From Amphiscolops sp. MND2022 (lineage: Eukaryota), in assembly GCA_964187785.1 (NCBI GenBank), contig OZ076412.1, positions 64,418,001-64,482,000 of the forward strand: DNA of 64,000 bases. Direction: 5' to 3'. Each line of letters begins with the position of its first letter. Position 1 is the stretch's first letter. A program made the position numbers and the translations under genes. Positions 46,096-58,430 of the stretch are shown piece after piece. Under the pieces are notes generated by a model. The model was not told where the DNA came from. It searched no databases and saw only the letters and a list, made by a program, of their open reading frames with translations.

Positions 46096-47170
46096 GTGAA
46101 GATCATTGCAGTCGATGCAGGCAATGGGAATTCGCAGAGGGATCGCAAGTCTTCCAGCTTCGTAATTGAAAAGAAACCAATCGTAACGCACGGCGCTCAA
46201 CGACATGTTATCAGTTTCTCCTTTCCTTGGTTCATCCTCTATTTCTCCTCGGTCGCTCTCTCTCCGTTCCTCTTTATGGGGGGATTAGAATTGAGTCCAT
46301 TGATTGGGGCGGGGTTAGGCCATCCTTTCCGTCAAAGGGGAACAGTTATTCTTCCGAGACTGGCCTGGCCAAAGAATAATGAGTTCACCATGTTTCTGGG
46401 AAGTTGCTGGGCACAAGTGATGGAAGTGGATGAAGTGTGAGGAGCCCGGCAAATTCCATGCGCCAACAAGTTTGTTTGTTGGGAGGGGTGAGGAGAAAAA
46501 GGAATTTTCCTTCAAAAGTGCTTCACAAGAATTGGTCAGCAACTTGAACTCTCTTTCATGCCTCTGTGCTGGGAGGATGAAGTCAAGATGCGAGATGGGA
46601 CCTTCACCACATTGAATGATTGCAGCCATGACGCCTACATCTTGAGCACAACTACACCAAATGATGTTGTGCAGGCAGCTCATCTAGCCATCCCCAACCC
46701 AAATCATTACATACAGATCTTCAATCTCGGGGAACTACTACAGGCTCAAATGATTACACATACATGCTGTCCATTTGAGATTCAGTGGCCCAATTGCACA
46801 AGACGCTTGCTACACAGGATTTCTGGCAGGAGTTTATCTGTGTAATTCACGTGCCCGCATCGCATCAGCAACAGCACTCCTCTGTAAACAAGCATTACAC
46901 GCAAAATCTTCCAGCATCATTCTTGTCATTGCAACTACACACAAACGCTACACAATAAAAATATTCCCAGGCATTTGTGTAACCATTCTGGTGCTCTTAG
47001 CAAATCAAACTGCAGGTTCAGAGTTGATCTCCAGGGAGCAACTAAAGCTGAACATGCAGATTCCAGTGTCCTCGAAAAAAGAAGAGCCCGTCAGATTTAC
47101 AGAAAGTGTTCTCCAGGCACTAACTAGAATTGCAGATACAGATCTGAAACCAGCCCCCTTATACGCGTGG
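46096..47170 (+). CDS. Possible micro-exon gene fragment with AG|GC donors
   Basis: Candidate exons 46096-46120, 46576-46674 (DEVKMRDGTFTTLNDCSHDAYILSTTTPNDVVQ) and 47016-47116 each follow AG and end AG|GC; no product recognised. Confidence 0.25.
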
Positions 47171-48363
47171 AAGAGGTGAACGAGGTGCAATGTGGCATCT
47201 TGCCAGGGAAAGCGTGCATCTTTTGGTCCAAAACAGGCCATTTTCGGCATTCTGGCACTGTCAGAATAGGAGAGAGTTTTGAGGGGTGTCGAAGTTAAGT
47301 CGCACAGTCTTCCTCTTGTCTTAACCCCTTTTAAGAAGTGGGTTTCTATTGAAATTCTGAAGTCTCCAGCATGAACAGGGGTTCCGACTGGCTACGGCTG
47401 GAAACACAACAAAACCCTTCAAATGAGCAAATTGTGCACTGTGTCCAGGTTAGAACGCCAATTTGCCACGAACCTCTTTCATGCGCTAGTGTGATTTTGC
47501 AATAGTGTTCGGGCCGCAATGCTATTGTAGCTGAGCTTGCGCCTCTGGCTGCGTTGGTTCGAATGCTGCGAAAATTCCTGCTGATTTGGGCCAGCTCTTC
47601 TGACCGCAGCCTTTAGAGCCTCTTTCACTTGCGCACAGGACTTGGCGTAGAGCACAGCATCTACAGTCCTGCTTTCAGCCTCGAGGGGAACAATGAAACA
47701 TCACAGTCGCTGGGTTCATGTCTCAGACCTTTTCCATGACCTTTGAAGTGCCCATCCAATCATGGTGGTCCCTCGATTCTCTGTGATGTGCTCTGCGGCT
47801 TCGGCCTCCCGCGGTGCATCTCGTTGCCATGGTGAGTCTTCTGGAAACGGAAGAAGTAGTGCTCTCCCAATGAAGCTCGCCCTGATGCTGTTTGGTTATG
47901 GCGGTTGATTGCTAGTGTCAAGAGGGTCAACATTAGTCCTCTTGGCCATTGTATAGGATAACTGGGAGAGGTAGTCTGGCTCTGCAAGTGGCATAGACGG
48001 TGAAGAATCATTGTGCTCCCAGGGTCTCTCCAATTCTGCTTTCTAGGACTCAATGTTGTAGTGTGTTCGAGAGCAATATCTCCACCTCATCTGCTTGTAG
48101 GAAGTTCACGAGAACTCTGTGTAGCCTCCAAACGTGCACTCTTCTATCCCACCACAAACGCTGTGAAGACCGCTCAACAGCATGTTCCATATCAACCCAG
48201 AGAGTTACTTACATACCTGTCCTCCTGTGGGCACTCACACTCTGCATTCCACTTCTGAGGTAGTGGTCGAGTGTGCCTCTGGGGACTCTTCTTCCGCGGA
48301 ACAACCCAGTTATCATGGTCTAAGGCCATGACGGTGTAGATATGTGAGCGACCTGATCAGAGC

Positions 48364-49570
48364 TCAATTCTCCTCTGAGCTAGGTTCATCTCCAAGATCC
48401 ATACAACACAATTCATTGGACCATTTCACCATTTTGGCAACCCATACGCGTTTAGTGTAAGGTGAACCTTCACACAGAGGGTGTGTCTCCACAAAACACT
48501 CCAAAACAAGGGGTTTGTTTGGGAGAGCCCACCCCTTAAATAAGGGGTGAACCTCCACCCCCATTAATTGGTTGACTGAGGGAATAGGTTTCACATCTAT
48601 TGCCAAGCGTAGGTCAGCTCTGGTGGTATGCATGACGTCCCTTCTTGGTGCTTGTGGATCTCCAACCACACAGGACAGTTTCCTTGGAGAGCAGGTTGGC
48701 CACTTGCTGCTCATGGGCATAGGGCAACAAGTCTCGCATTGCATTGGAGTGCCATGGATATCTGGTAGTTGATGCTGACCATGTCGCCAATGATGAGGCT
48801 GGTGAGCGGGTTCGCCTTGTATCTCTGCTTCTGGAACGTTGCCTCGGGAATGGAAGTGGTTTGGCTTGTGCCGAGCTCTCAACCTGATCTCTCCACAGCA
48901 TCTCTGGCACCTCTTCCTCTATGCAGGGCTGCGTTGGTGATGCCGTCTCTTTCTCCAACGACTTTGTCAAGCACCTCTGCTATATACCGAGCCATGTGAG
49001 GTTCCCGTTCTTGTCCTCGACTATCTCAGATGACACTAGGAGGCTAGCAGGAACACCCATGATATTAGCGATATGTCCTAAGATTGCTGTCCTGCTCGCC
49101 GTTGGGTTGGTCTCGACAAAGAAGTAGGCCACTAGCTGTGGGGCTAGCACCTTCAGCTACCATGTAGGAAACATAGGTGGCCTTGGCTTTACCGTCTGGA
49201 GAGCGTTAAGCCAGTCCGGCAGCTCTTCTGACATATCCTCTTCCGCATAGACAAACATGGCACACTCTGGGATGTTGGTTGCCTTGCCAACAACTCTTTG
49301 ATTTTTTTCGGCATATGTGATCTGTTCTATCTCCACTTCCATCAGCTTGATGTCCAGCCTGAGATCTTCCACAAGGATTGTGGTCTTGAAGTAGTGCTGC
49401 CTCTTTCTTGATTATCTCTCACACCTTGTATGTGTTAGTTCCTCCTGGTGTGCCTCTTGCTCTGGTGGTTGGGCCTCGTCAAAGCTGAACAGACCACCGA
49501 ATTCAATCTTCACAGGGGCCCAGTGTAGCTGGTTCTTGGTCCAGCTTGAAGGCTCAGGGCCAAGTAGCCT
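48364..49570 (-). pseudogene. Degraded polyprotein fragment with a ubiquitin-like segment
   Basis: One frame reads ~49570 to 48614 with a few stops and includes FFVETNPTASRTAILGHIANIMGVPASLL followed by QRSRSRDTRR, an architecture similar to 63.1-63.6 kb. Confidence 0.35.
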
Positions 49571-52199
49571 TGAGCAAATTTAGTTAGGGCTTCATCTGCT
49601 CAAATCACCCTCTGACCAAAATTAATGCAAAGCACGACAAAAGTTTCACTATTGAATTTGACGTGCGATTCCGTGAAATCCTTCTCTCCCAGAGCAAAAT
49701 CGCTTCAATAGGGCACATTTAAAAGGTGGGTACCGGAAAGGGGGGTATTCGCATTTGCTTGCCAGTACATTTACCCCTTGTTTGCTTACCCCCTGTTTAA
49801 ATGTGCCTATTCAAGTTACGACTGACAAATGTCAGGGACTCTTTTCGTAATAACTTGCCCCAGAGGGTACGGGGCCCTCCCCGAAGGCTCCAAACACTTT
49901 TTGGACAACACCATCCCGTGTTTTTGCACAGCGCGCTTCAGGTTGCGAACCTGCCCTCCACTTGCAGAGGTCTCGCGGGCCCTCCGGGCAGGAAGTGCCG
50001 GGTGCTCCAAGTCTTAAGTCCCCAAACTGTTCCCTCTCTCTCCTCTCCAAAACCCCCTCTTCCCGGGCCCTCAAGCTGCTCTGTTTGGTGGAGAAAATGC
50101 AATCCTTTAAAAGGGTGGATTTTGGGGAGGGAATGCATTGGGTCGCCATGCAGAGAAAGGAATTTCCTTCAAAATGGCGCGCAAAGATTGGTCAGTCAAT
50201 CTGAGGAGCTACAGGATCACCTGGATACCCCTCCAGCTCCTAGCAGGCTAGTTCCCAAGATTTGCTTTGTCTTGGGGCTTCCAGTCTTTCGAGAACGGCC
50301 GTCGGGATGTTGTTCCTTTCGCCCAATATGCAGCAAATCTTTCTTAGCAGAATACATAAAAGTCCATCCAGTCACCGTTGAGTTCATGTAGTCATGGTTA
50401 AAGGGGGTTGCGGGCGCGGGCTCTAACATCAGCAGCAAGGCAAGGAAGCTAAGTGAGCAGGTCGCGAGCGCAGATAAAGCAGAAAAAGGCCTCTTTCAGC
50501 AGAAAGGGGGTATACCATCGTGGCCAAAACTATTACAAATAATATGATAAAATTGGGGAGCAATGGATGTAGTTTATTGCAGAAACACTCTGCATTTAGC
50601 TGCCAGATCATCACGAAATATGACTAAGAACTGTTTTAGGGCACTATCTCTTGTAATAAATTTCGGCCCGCATGGTCTTTGACATCGCCATCTCAGAATC
50701 AGCTGTCGCTTGGGGAAAATGTTTGCATCGAAGATGTGGGCAGAAGGTGAGGTTTTTGACTTGTCTTTTCCGCTTTCGGGGCTTGTTGGAAACTCCAATC
50801 AGGTTAGAGTCAAACTCACCCAACACAGTATTGGAGTAGAGCTACCTTCAGACAGCCCGCTAATTTGGGGTCTTCCCTTTCTTTATTCTACCTCCTTCTT
50901 GTTTTGAGTTTTAATATAGCTGAATGAGGGAAAGGCATTCAGTGAATGAAGGCTTTGGTAAGGAATTCTACAGGAAAGGCAATTTCAGTGAAGAGGTCAG
51001 GGCCATTCAGTGAACCGCCGGACTCTGAAAAAATTGAAATCTTCTGTGCTCATTCCCAATCTGGGCTCCTACCTTTTTGTCAATTCTTGCTATCTTGTCC
51101 TCGTCTTCTGCTTGTTAGTTTGTTGTCTTTCTACCTGTGCTTCGCCTACTTGCTATATCCTCTGTTTTGTCCGTTTGTCATCATCTTCGTCTTCTTCATC
51201 ATCGCCAGCATGACTTTGCTAAAGGCAGCCAACGAGATGAAGACCAAACACCCTGATTTGCGAGCTACGGTTCTCCTGGTCTCCAAGGTGCGGATTGTGT
51301 GCATGCTGCCCTTCGTCATTCACAGCAAAACTTCTTGAACAACATGGGGGCAGTGTCGCAAGACTTGAGAATCCACAGAACTATTGATCCCGAGGTTCTG
51401 CAGTGCGCTTTTTTATTTTCGTCTGGCGAATTTTAGGAATGTTGCCCCCAAAATTTTCAGCAAATTCTTCCAGCGAATTTTTGCCGTGAATTCTTTGGCC
51501 TTGTTTCCCGGAATTTCAGGTACCCCAAAAAATATGAATGCCCAAAATTGTCGGCGCGGAAAGTTTTGACGGTGTTCTAAACGGCGGGGGGTGGGGGTGG
51601 AGCCCCCCTCCCGCTTCTAAACAGAAGTAGGACAAGAGAGGAAAGAATGGGGGTTGGCGCCACTTCCAAACAAAGGAAGCAAAGAGACAATCATCTTTAT
51701 TTTTGGTTTTCCTTTCATCATCCTTTGTTGGTTCTGTTGTGGTTATTGTTGTTAATGATGTTGTAGTTGGTAGTTGGTTGTTGTTGATGTTGCCGATCTT
51801 GTGGCTGTTGTTACAATTTTGAAAGGTCAGAAGAGGTGCAGAACGAAAAGTCCCCAGATTTTTCGAATTTCCATCCCGAATTTTGCTCCGAGCTTTCCCC
51901 GAATCATTCGAGGATTTTCTTTGTTTCCTGGGAAACGGAGACCCCGCCATTTTTCAATTCAACATCCCAGGCAAACTCAAAGAGAATATTCGAAAAAGTT
52001 TGCTGGAGAGCAGGCAAGGCAACTTCATGTGATGTTATTGCTGGTTTGTTCCATGTTTTATTGCTATTGTTTGGGTTTGTTGTGATATTCCGTTGCAAAA
52101 GGCCCCCACATTCAAAAAAAGGGGGGCAAAAGTGAATCACCTTCCTGGTGAAATAAATGTGGACAGTTATCGTAGCAAGTCTGAGAAGTATAGGGCCAA

Positions 52200-52410
52200 G
52201 GGTTTGTTAATGGTGGTTTTCAAACGGTGGTTAGAGTTTGTCCGGAGAGCGAAATTCCCCTGCCCCCTTTCAACCTCTATTTGACCCCCTTTTTACCTCA
52301 GCTTTACCTCATTTGAATCTCTTTTTTGCCTCTTTTTAACCTCATTTTAACCTCTGCTTCGTCGGGAATCTCGAGCCACGGTTTGGAAACCACGGTTTAC
52401 AGACCCTTGG
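52200..52410. repeat. Dispersed repeat family C (inverted copy at 61738-61945; partial at ~55955-56060)
   Basis: CCACGGTTTGGAAACCACGGTTTACAGAC and ACCTC-rich interior recur as reverse complement at 61.7-61.9 kb. Confidence 0.75.
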
Positions 52411-55094
52411 TAGGGTTCAATTTGTTGTTGAGTGTTTAGGGGATTTGGAGGGTGGGGGTGAAAAATATTACAAAAACAGTGGTTTCGGCATCTAGTGGCT
52501 TTGGGGTTTTGAGGTTTTGGCGGGGCAAACATAGGGTCTACAATTGGACCCGATTGGGTCAACAATTGGCCCAAAATGGGGTTCGAAGAAAGGAGGTTGT
52601 GGGGACCAGCTATTGACCCAAACTCTTGTTTCAAAATTAGTTGTTTCAAGGAGTTTCCCGATAACCCACACCCCGGCAATTGAGGGGTGAAGTTTCACCC
52701 CCCATAATTATAGAGTGGGGGCTCAAAAAACATTGTAAACAAGTGACTTTGGACAATCCACCCCCTTAATTGGGGGGGCGAAGCTATTCATTAAGGGATG
52801 TGGGTTGAAGAAGTTGCTGTTGAACATAGAGACATGTCCCCCCAGCGTTTCCAAGTGGATTGTTGTTGTTTTGGTGTTTGTTTTGGGGCTTGGTGGACCG
52901 CGAAAATTGCCGAAACTCATTTTCATTTTGTGCTCGCAGGTGTTGCTTTGCTGCGAACAAAAACCTGCGTTTTGCACTACAAAACAAGCGGAAAATGACC
53001 GGCCCCCCGCTTACTGATCCCACCCCTCCCCGCCTCCCCCCCCAAATGGCCCGAAGTTGTCTCATGAAAACGCTATTTTATTATTTTTTGTGGGTTTGGC
53101 GCAAAAGACGCAATTTTCCAAGACATCGCCAAAGCGCCAAAACACTTTTTTCGAAAATTGTCATTTACACACTATTTTACTATTATTCTCTTCTGTGGTC
53201 GCTTTACAAACTATTGTTTGCAAAGAAGAACAACAGCAACAACAAAAATATCCCAAAAACGCCCCTCCCCCCCCCAAAAAAAAAGAAATCCTACAGCTGG
53301 TAGCACCATGGCACTTGAAAAAGCCGCGCTGTCTGTTCCCCCTATTTCAGGCTCCTATGTTGCTTCTGCAGTAGCTTTTGCAATGGGCTGCAAATTTGCT
53401 TCTCCGTTTCCCTGAAGCAAACACCCTGTGCCCTTCCTGCCATCCTACAGGCTCCTACTAGACCACTATATTAAGGGCAGCACGTCTGAAGAACAAAACT
53501 GCCACTGATACAACTTTAATCGATACGAAAACTTGTTTTGAAAAACTCCAAAAAGGATCCGAAAAACGATCCGAAACGTGTCCGAAAAACGTTACGCCCC
53601 TCTCAGGCCGCTTAAGAATTTCTCACCGGCACTTTTCTAAAAGTTTTCCATCGCCCAAAAATTTGCACAAAAATAATTTTTGTTCGCCGCAAGGCTCTGC
53701 AGGGGTAGCCACGCTAACACTATAGCACGATGGGCGCCCCTATCTCATACAATTCTGCCGCTGGCAAGACATCCCCCAGACCTCCCTCCCCCAGCAGATG
53801 TGATGTCCCCTCCCTCGCAGAGCCCTTGAAGTTCGATGGGATCTTTCTTGGGGGGTGGGCGGGGGCATGGTAGCGAGGAGGGGGGTTGCGAGCTTCTTGG
53901 TCCTTTTGTGGAGTTGTGAGCCTCGGGCCCATTGCGGAGGCCAAAACAGCGGCAAAAATGGCCAAAATACCAACTGGCCAAAATACCAACTTTGACCCCC
54001 TTTCCTATTTAGATCCCATTTTGGGGCATGTAATGAATTTCTACCTTTACACAGGGTTCCTCAAGGATGGAGGGAGTTGAAAATACCCTAAAATGGCTAT
54101 TTGTGTGGGTCGCAGGCTGGGGGTCAAAGTCGTTAGTCTGGGACTTTCTGAAAACGGAAATGTCCAGCTTGTCCCCATGTTGGAGACTCTGTGGAGGGCC
54201 AGGTCAGGAGGATCTCAACTCTGAAAGTCTGTTCTCTAAAGCTTGGAAATCCGAAATCGTTGCTTCGTGGGAAATTCTTGGGAGCGTCCTGACACTTCTA
54301 CAAGAGCATGGAAATGCAAATGGACGGAACTTGTAGACCATTGTAGCAGAATCAATTGATGCGTGTAAACACACACACAATTTTAACACTACTTGGTGGA
54401 CGTTTCAGATATTTTTAATTTTTTTCTGTTCGGGCGCGGGGAAAGGGGGAGTCCGAGGCTCGAGGAGGGGGGCTGGTTTTATTGAAAATCCCAGGAAGGG
54501 GGGTCTCCCGGGAGAGGGGAGGGGGGCGAGGGGCCGGGGGTGTCTGGGGGCAAGTTGGGGGGGGGGGGGGGGGTAAAAGTTNNNNNNNNNNNNNNNNNNN
54601 NNNNNNNNNNNNNNNNNNNNNNNNNNNNNNNNNNNNNNNNNNNNNNNNNNNNNNNNNNNNNNNNNNNNNNNNNNNNNNNNNNNNNNNNNNNNNNNNNNNN
54701 NNNNNNNNNNNNNNNNNNNNNNNNNNNNNNNNNNNNNNNNNNNNNNNNNNNNNNNNNNNNNNNNNNNNNNNNNNNNNNNNNATTGGTTCGACGCCAAAAT
54801 TTCAGCCCAAATTCTCGGGGCGTTTTTTTCAAGATTGGGGTGGTTCCCGCGCGCCAGAAAGAATATAATGTTTGTGGTGCAAAAATCTCATCGTTTTGGT
54901 GCGGAAATTGGCCTTCTTAAACGTGGCATTTAATGAAATCTTCCCTGATTTTGCGGGGATTTATCTGAGTAGAAGCACAAAAGAGTGCAAATTTCAATTG
55001 TTTTTGCCCCTTTGGGGGAGATACTTGCACGCGAAAAGGCGCAAAAACAAGTGAAAATTTCACCTGTTTTTGCACCTGCGCAAGGCAAACATAG

Positions 55095-55197
55095 CACGAA
55101 AAGGGCGAACGAGTGGGGCAACAAAGGGCGAACGAGTGGGGCAACGAAGGGCGAGCGAGTGGGGCAACGAAAGGGCGAACGAGTGGGGCAACGATGG
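55095..55197. repeat. 21-22-bp tandem repeat
   Basis: AAAGGGCGAACGAGTGGGGCAAC x ~4.5. Confidence 0.9.
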
Positions 55198-57094
55198 GCA
55201 GAGAGAACGACCCAGAAATCCAGAAAACTGACTGGACGTCTCCGCACCGTAGATGGCCAATGCCTTGACTTGGAAAGCCAAGAGAATAGGAGACCCTTAA
55301 CCGCTGCACGAAAAGACCGCTACAGAATTCTGCGATTTTCTCCACTCCTGGGATGGAGGAATCTGCATTCGATTGCGCAAATCACAGGGGCTCCTGAAAA
55401 TGTCAGCAGCAGCTGGGGTAGATAATGCAAAGATTTAAATGCAATTTGCTGTATTTCCTAGTGGTTGTGGAGTCTCTAAGAGAATCAAACATCAGGGGCA
55501 TCATTGCAGGAGAATGAAAGCGTGCAACATGCAAGAGCTGAGAGGCCCAAATCTCGACATGGCAATGGCTAATGATAGTGCATTGTGTGGCCACATCTTG
55601 AACTTTCCGCGACGAATGTGCAAATCGTGCTAATCACAAGCCTCTTGTTAGGGTTTCCATCGATTTGTGGTGGGAAAAATCTGGGAAATTTGGGGGATGA
55701 CCTTCCTATCTGCCAGAAAGTATTGCAAATTTCAGTGGAAATTTTCGCAGAAGATTCGGAAACTTAGTCTTAGTTTCACATATAAAGATTATTTGGGTCT
55801 TTCTTCACAAACTTCATTCAGCAGAAGAGTGATGTGAACCTCTTGTGCTGCATCGCATCGCTGAATCCATGGTCACCGGTATTGCCAGTTTGCATGGCTT
55901 CGACTTTTGCAATCCCCTTAAGAGCCCCTTAAGAGCCCCTTCCCACAAACCACGACCAAGGGTCTGTAAACCGTGGTTTCCACACCGTGACAGCTGAGCA
56001 GGGGGCGATATGGGGTGAAAAAAGAGGCTCAAACAGAGGCAAAATTGAGATTCAAATGGGGTGCGGGCAGTTGCTCTCCGGACCATTGCCTAAACCCGAA
56101 CCACTATTTAGAAACACCCTCTTCTCCTTGTTTTTCAAGGTTTCTCTCTAGGGGGTGGATTTTCGTAAAACACAGCTGGTAGTGTGGAGGGCGCTTGTTG
56201 GCTCTTTAAGGGCGAGGGCAGGTGTTCCTGAATGACTTCTTATCCAAGCAGCCTGGATCTGTAGCATAAACTTGCGCATTGAGACCGCCTATCTCCATCT
56301 TGTTCTTCCAATGTGCAGCCAAGGTCTGAGTCCCATCCAGACCAAGCTCCTGCGCCCTCTGCAAGGACAGGATTGCAAAAGTCATCTCGCGACCTGGGGA
56401 TGCAAGCTGTTGGAGACGAGACCCTAAGCATCCTTCAAGGCCATAGTCGTGAAGGAACATTTTTAAAACCTTGCAAGGCGCAAAAGCAATCTTACGCCAA
56501 AGAACCCCACCAATGACCCTGCCATATTAAAAATACTACGGTCATATCAATTCACTATGGTGGTGGCAAAACAATACGACGGTAGTAAAACACTACGGCA
56601 GGGTCTCTGAAACATCTTGTTTTCCAGAGAAAATTCACAGAAAATCTCCACAGATAGTGAACTACTACAGTGATAGTAAATTACTACGTCGTAGTATTTT
56701 TAATACGGCCGGGTCGCTTGGGAAGTTTTGGGTGATGGAATTTCATTATTGGGGTCAGTGAGAGTGAAAAATGGTGGATTTCAAGTGGCAAATTTTCTCG
56801 GCCTTTCCCAGAGACACCAGGCATAAATTTTAGCAACCATATGTTCACCAGATTCTTTACGCTAGGCAAAGGAATGTGTCACCTAGAATCCACTCTGGGC
56901 GCATTCTAGCCTCTAGCATGACAATCTCAGTTCATAAAACGAGCCTCGCTAAGGTGATCCTCAAGCTTGTTTTGAAGGGTACTTTTGAGGGTGTTTTAAA
57001 ACGGGGGAAGGTTTTTTTACTTACAATTGGAGCTGTTTTGCTTACAGTTAAGCTTCTTTGCTTACAGTCCCTTAAGGCCCTTGTTAGACGCACT

Positions 57095-57250
57095 TTCCCA
57101 CTGTAAGTTCAAAAGCTCCAACTGTAAGTAAAAAAGCTAAAACTGTAAGCAAAAAAGCTCCAACTGTAAGTAAACAAGCTAAAATTGTCAACTGTAAGTA
57201 AAAAAAAAAAAGCTCCACTGTAAGCAGGAAACTTCCAACTGTAAGCAAAA
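57095..57250. repeat. ~21-bp tandem repeat
   Basis: CTCCAACTGTAAGTAAAAAAG-like units x ~7. Confidence 0.85.
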
Positions 57251-58254
57251 AGGCTGCATCCTTTTAACACTAGGTCAGGACATCTAGAGAATGTTTAAGG
57301 CCAAAAATACCCTCAAAAGGTGCCTTGGACATCATAGAGAAGCAAGAGAAGGGTCTAGAAAAGGGGGTTATGGCAAATACAGCAGCCTGGAGCAAGGCGT
57401 CCAGGAAAGCAGCGCAAGAATTTCGAAACCCTCTAATTGCCCTGGGCCAGCATCTTCGAGCCAGATTTTCTATATCCTTTTCTGGCAAGAATCCATATTT
57501 ACTGTTTTTATGTCAGACAGCTACAGAGATACAGGATCAGGGGTGTACAAGTACATCTACCGGGACCGCCCTCTTATGACACTGCCCCTTTATTTCTCTC
57601 TGACAAGAAAGAGGGGAGGCAAACTTGCGTTCCTGTCCGGGTGTTTCTCTCGCAAGCCACACAAAGTGGACTTGAAGTTACAGATCGATCAGACTTAAGG
57701 AGCCCTTTGGGGGGGCAAACCTGAGGCGACAAAGGGATGCCTGCAAACCGGATGCTGCGATGACCGGTGAGTGCCTAACCCCCCTGTTGCTAATCCCTGG
57801 CAACTGAAAGAACGTTCGGCGGCTGTGACCATAGTAGGGTAAGAAAAAGGCACATTAACTTTGAACACATAAACTTTTTGAAAGTCGGACAACCCTGGGA
57901 CAACCCACCGGTTAAAAGTTTATATTTCCTGTGTTTCGAGGCTTACACATAAACTTTTTGGCCCGGTTAACCCTGGGACAACCAGCCGTTTGTCCCAAGG
58001 CCATCTGGACGTTAACCAGAGCAAAAGGTTTATGTTTATGTGCCTTTTTTCTCCCGAACATAGGGTTCTTGCGAGGGTGTCAGATGCAGAGGCCATGCCA
58101 GGGAATAGGTAACTTAGCAACAATTTTAAAAAGGCCAACCGACCATTGCCACACCAAACGTTTCTCTACTCTACGAGCGACACCAAGATTTGGAGACACA
58201 TTTGGCAAGTCGCTGGGAGGGAGTCAGGCTCCCCCGAGCTTCTGGAAAGTCCCT

Positions 58255-58430
58255 GGACTTCCCCGGAAGTTCCACAAGCTTCCCCGGAAGTTTTTCAGTG
58301 ACTTACCCGGAAGTTTCTCACTCAGTCTGTGGAACTTAACAGCAATCCAGGGTTCCCTGGAATTTTCCCAGACTTCCCCAAAGTTCCCCGGACTTCCCCG
58401 GAAGTTCCCCGGACTTCCCCGGAGGTTAGC
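58255..58430. repeat. Short tandem repeat cluster
   Basis: Recurring GACTTCCCCGGAAGTT(CC) units. Confidence 0.8.
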
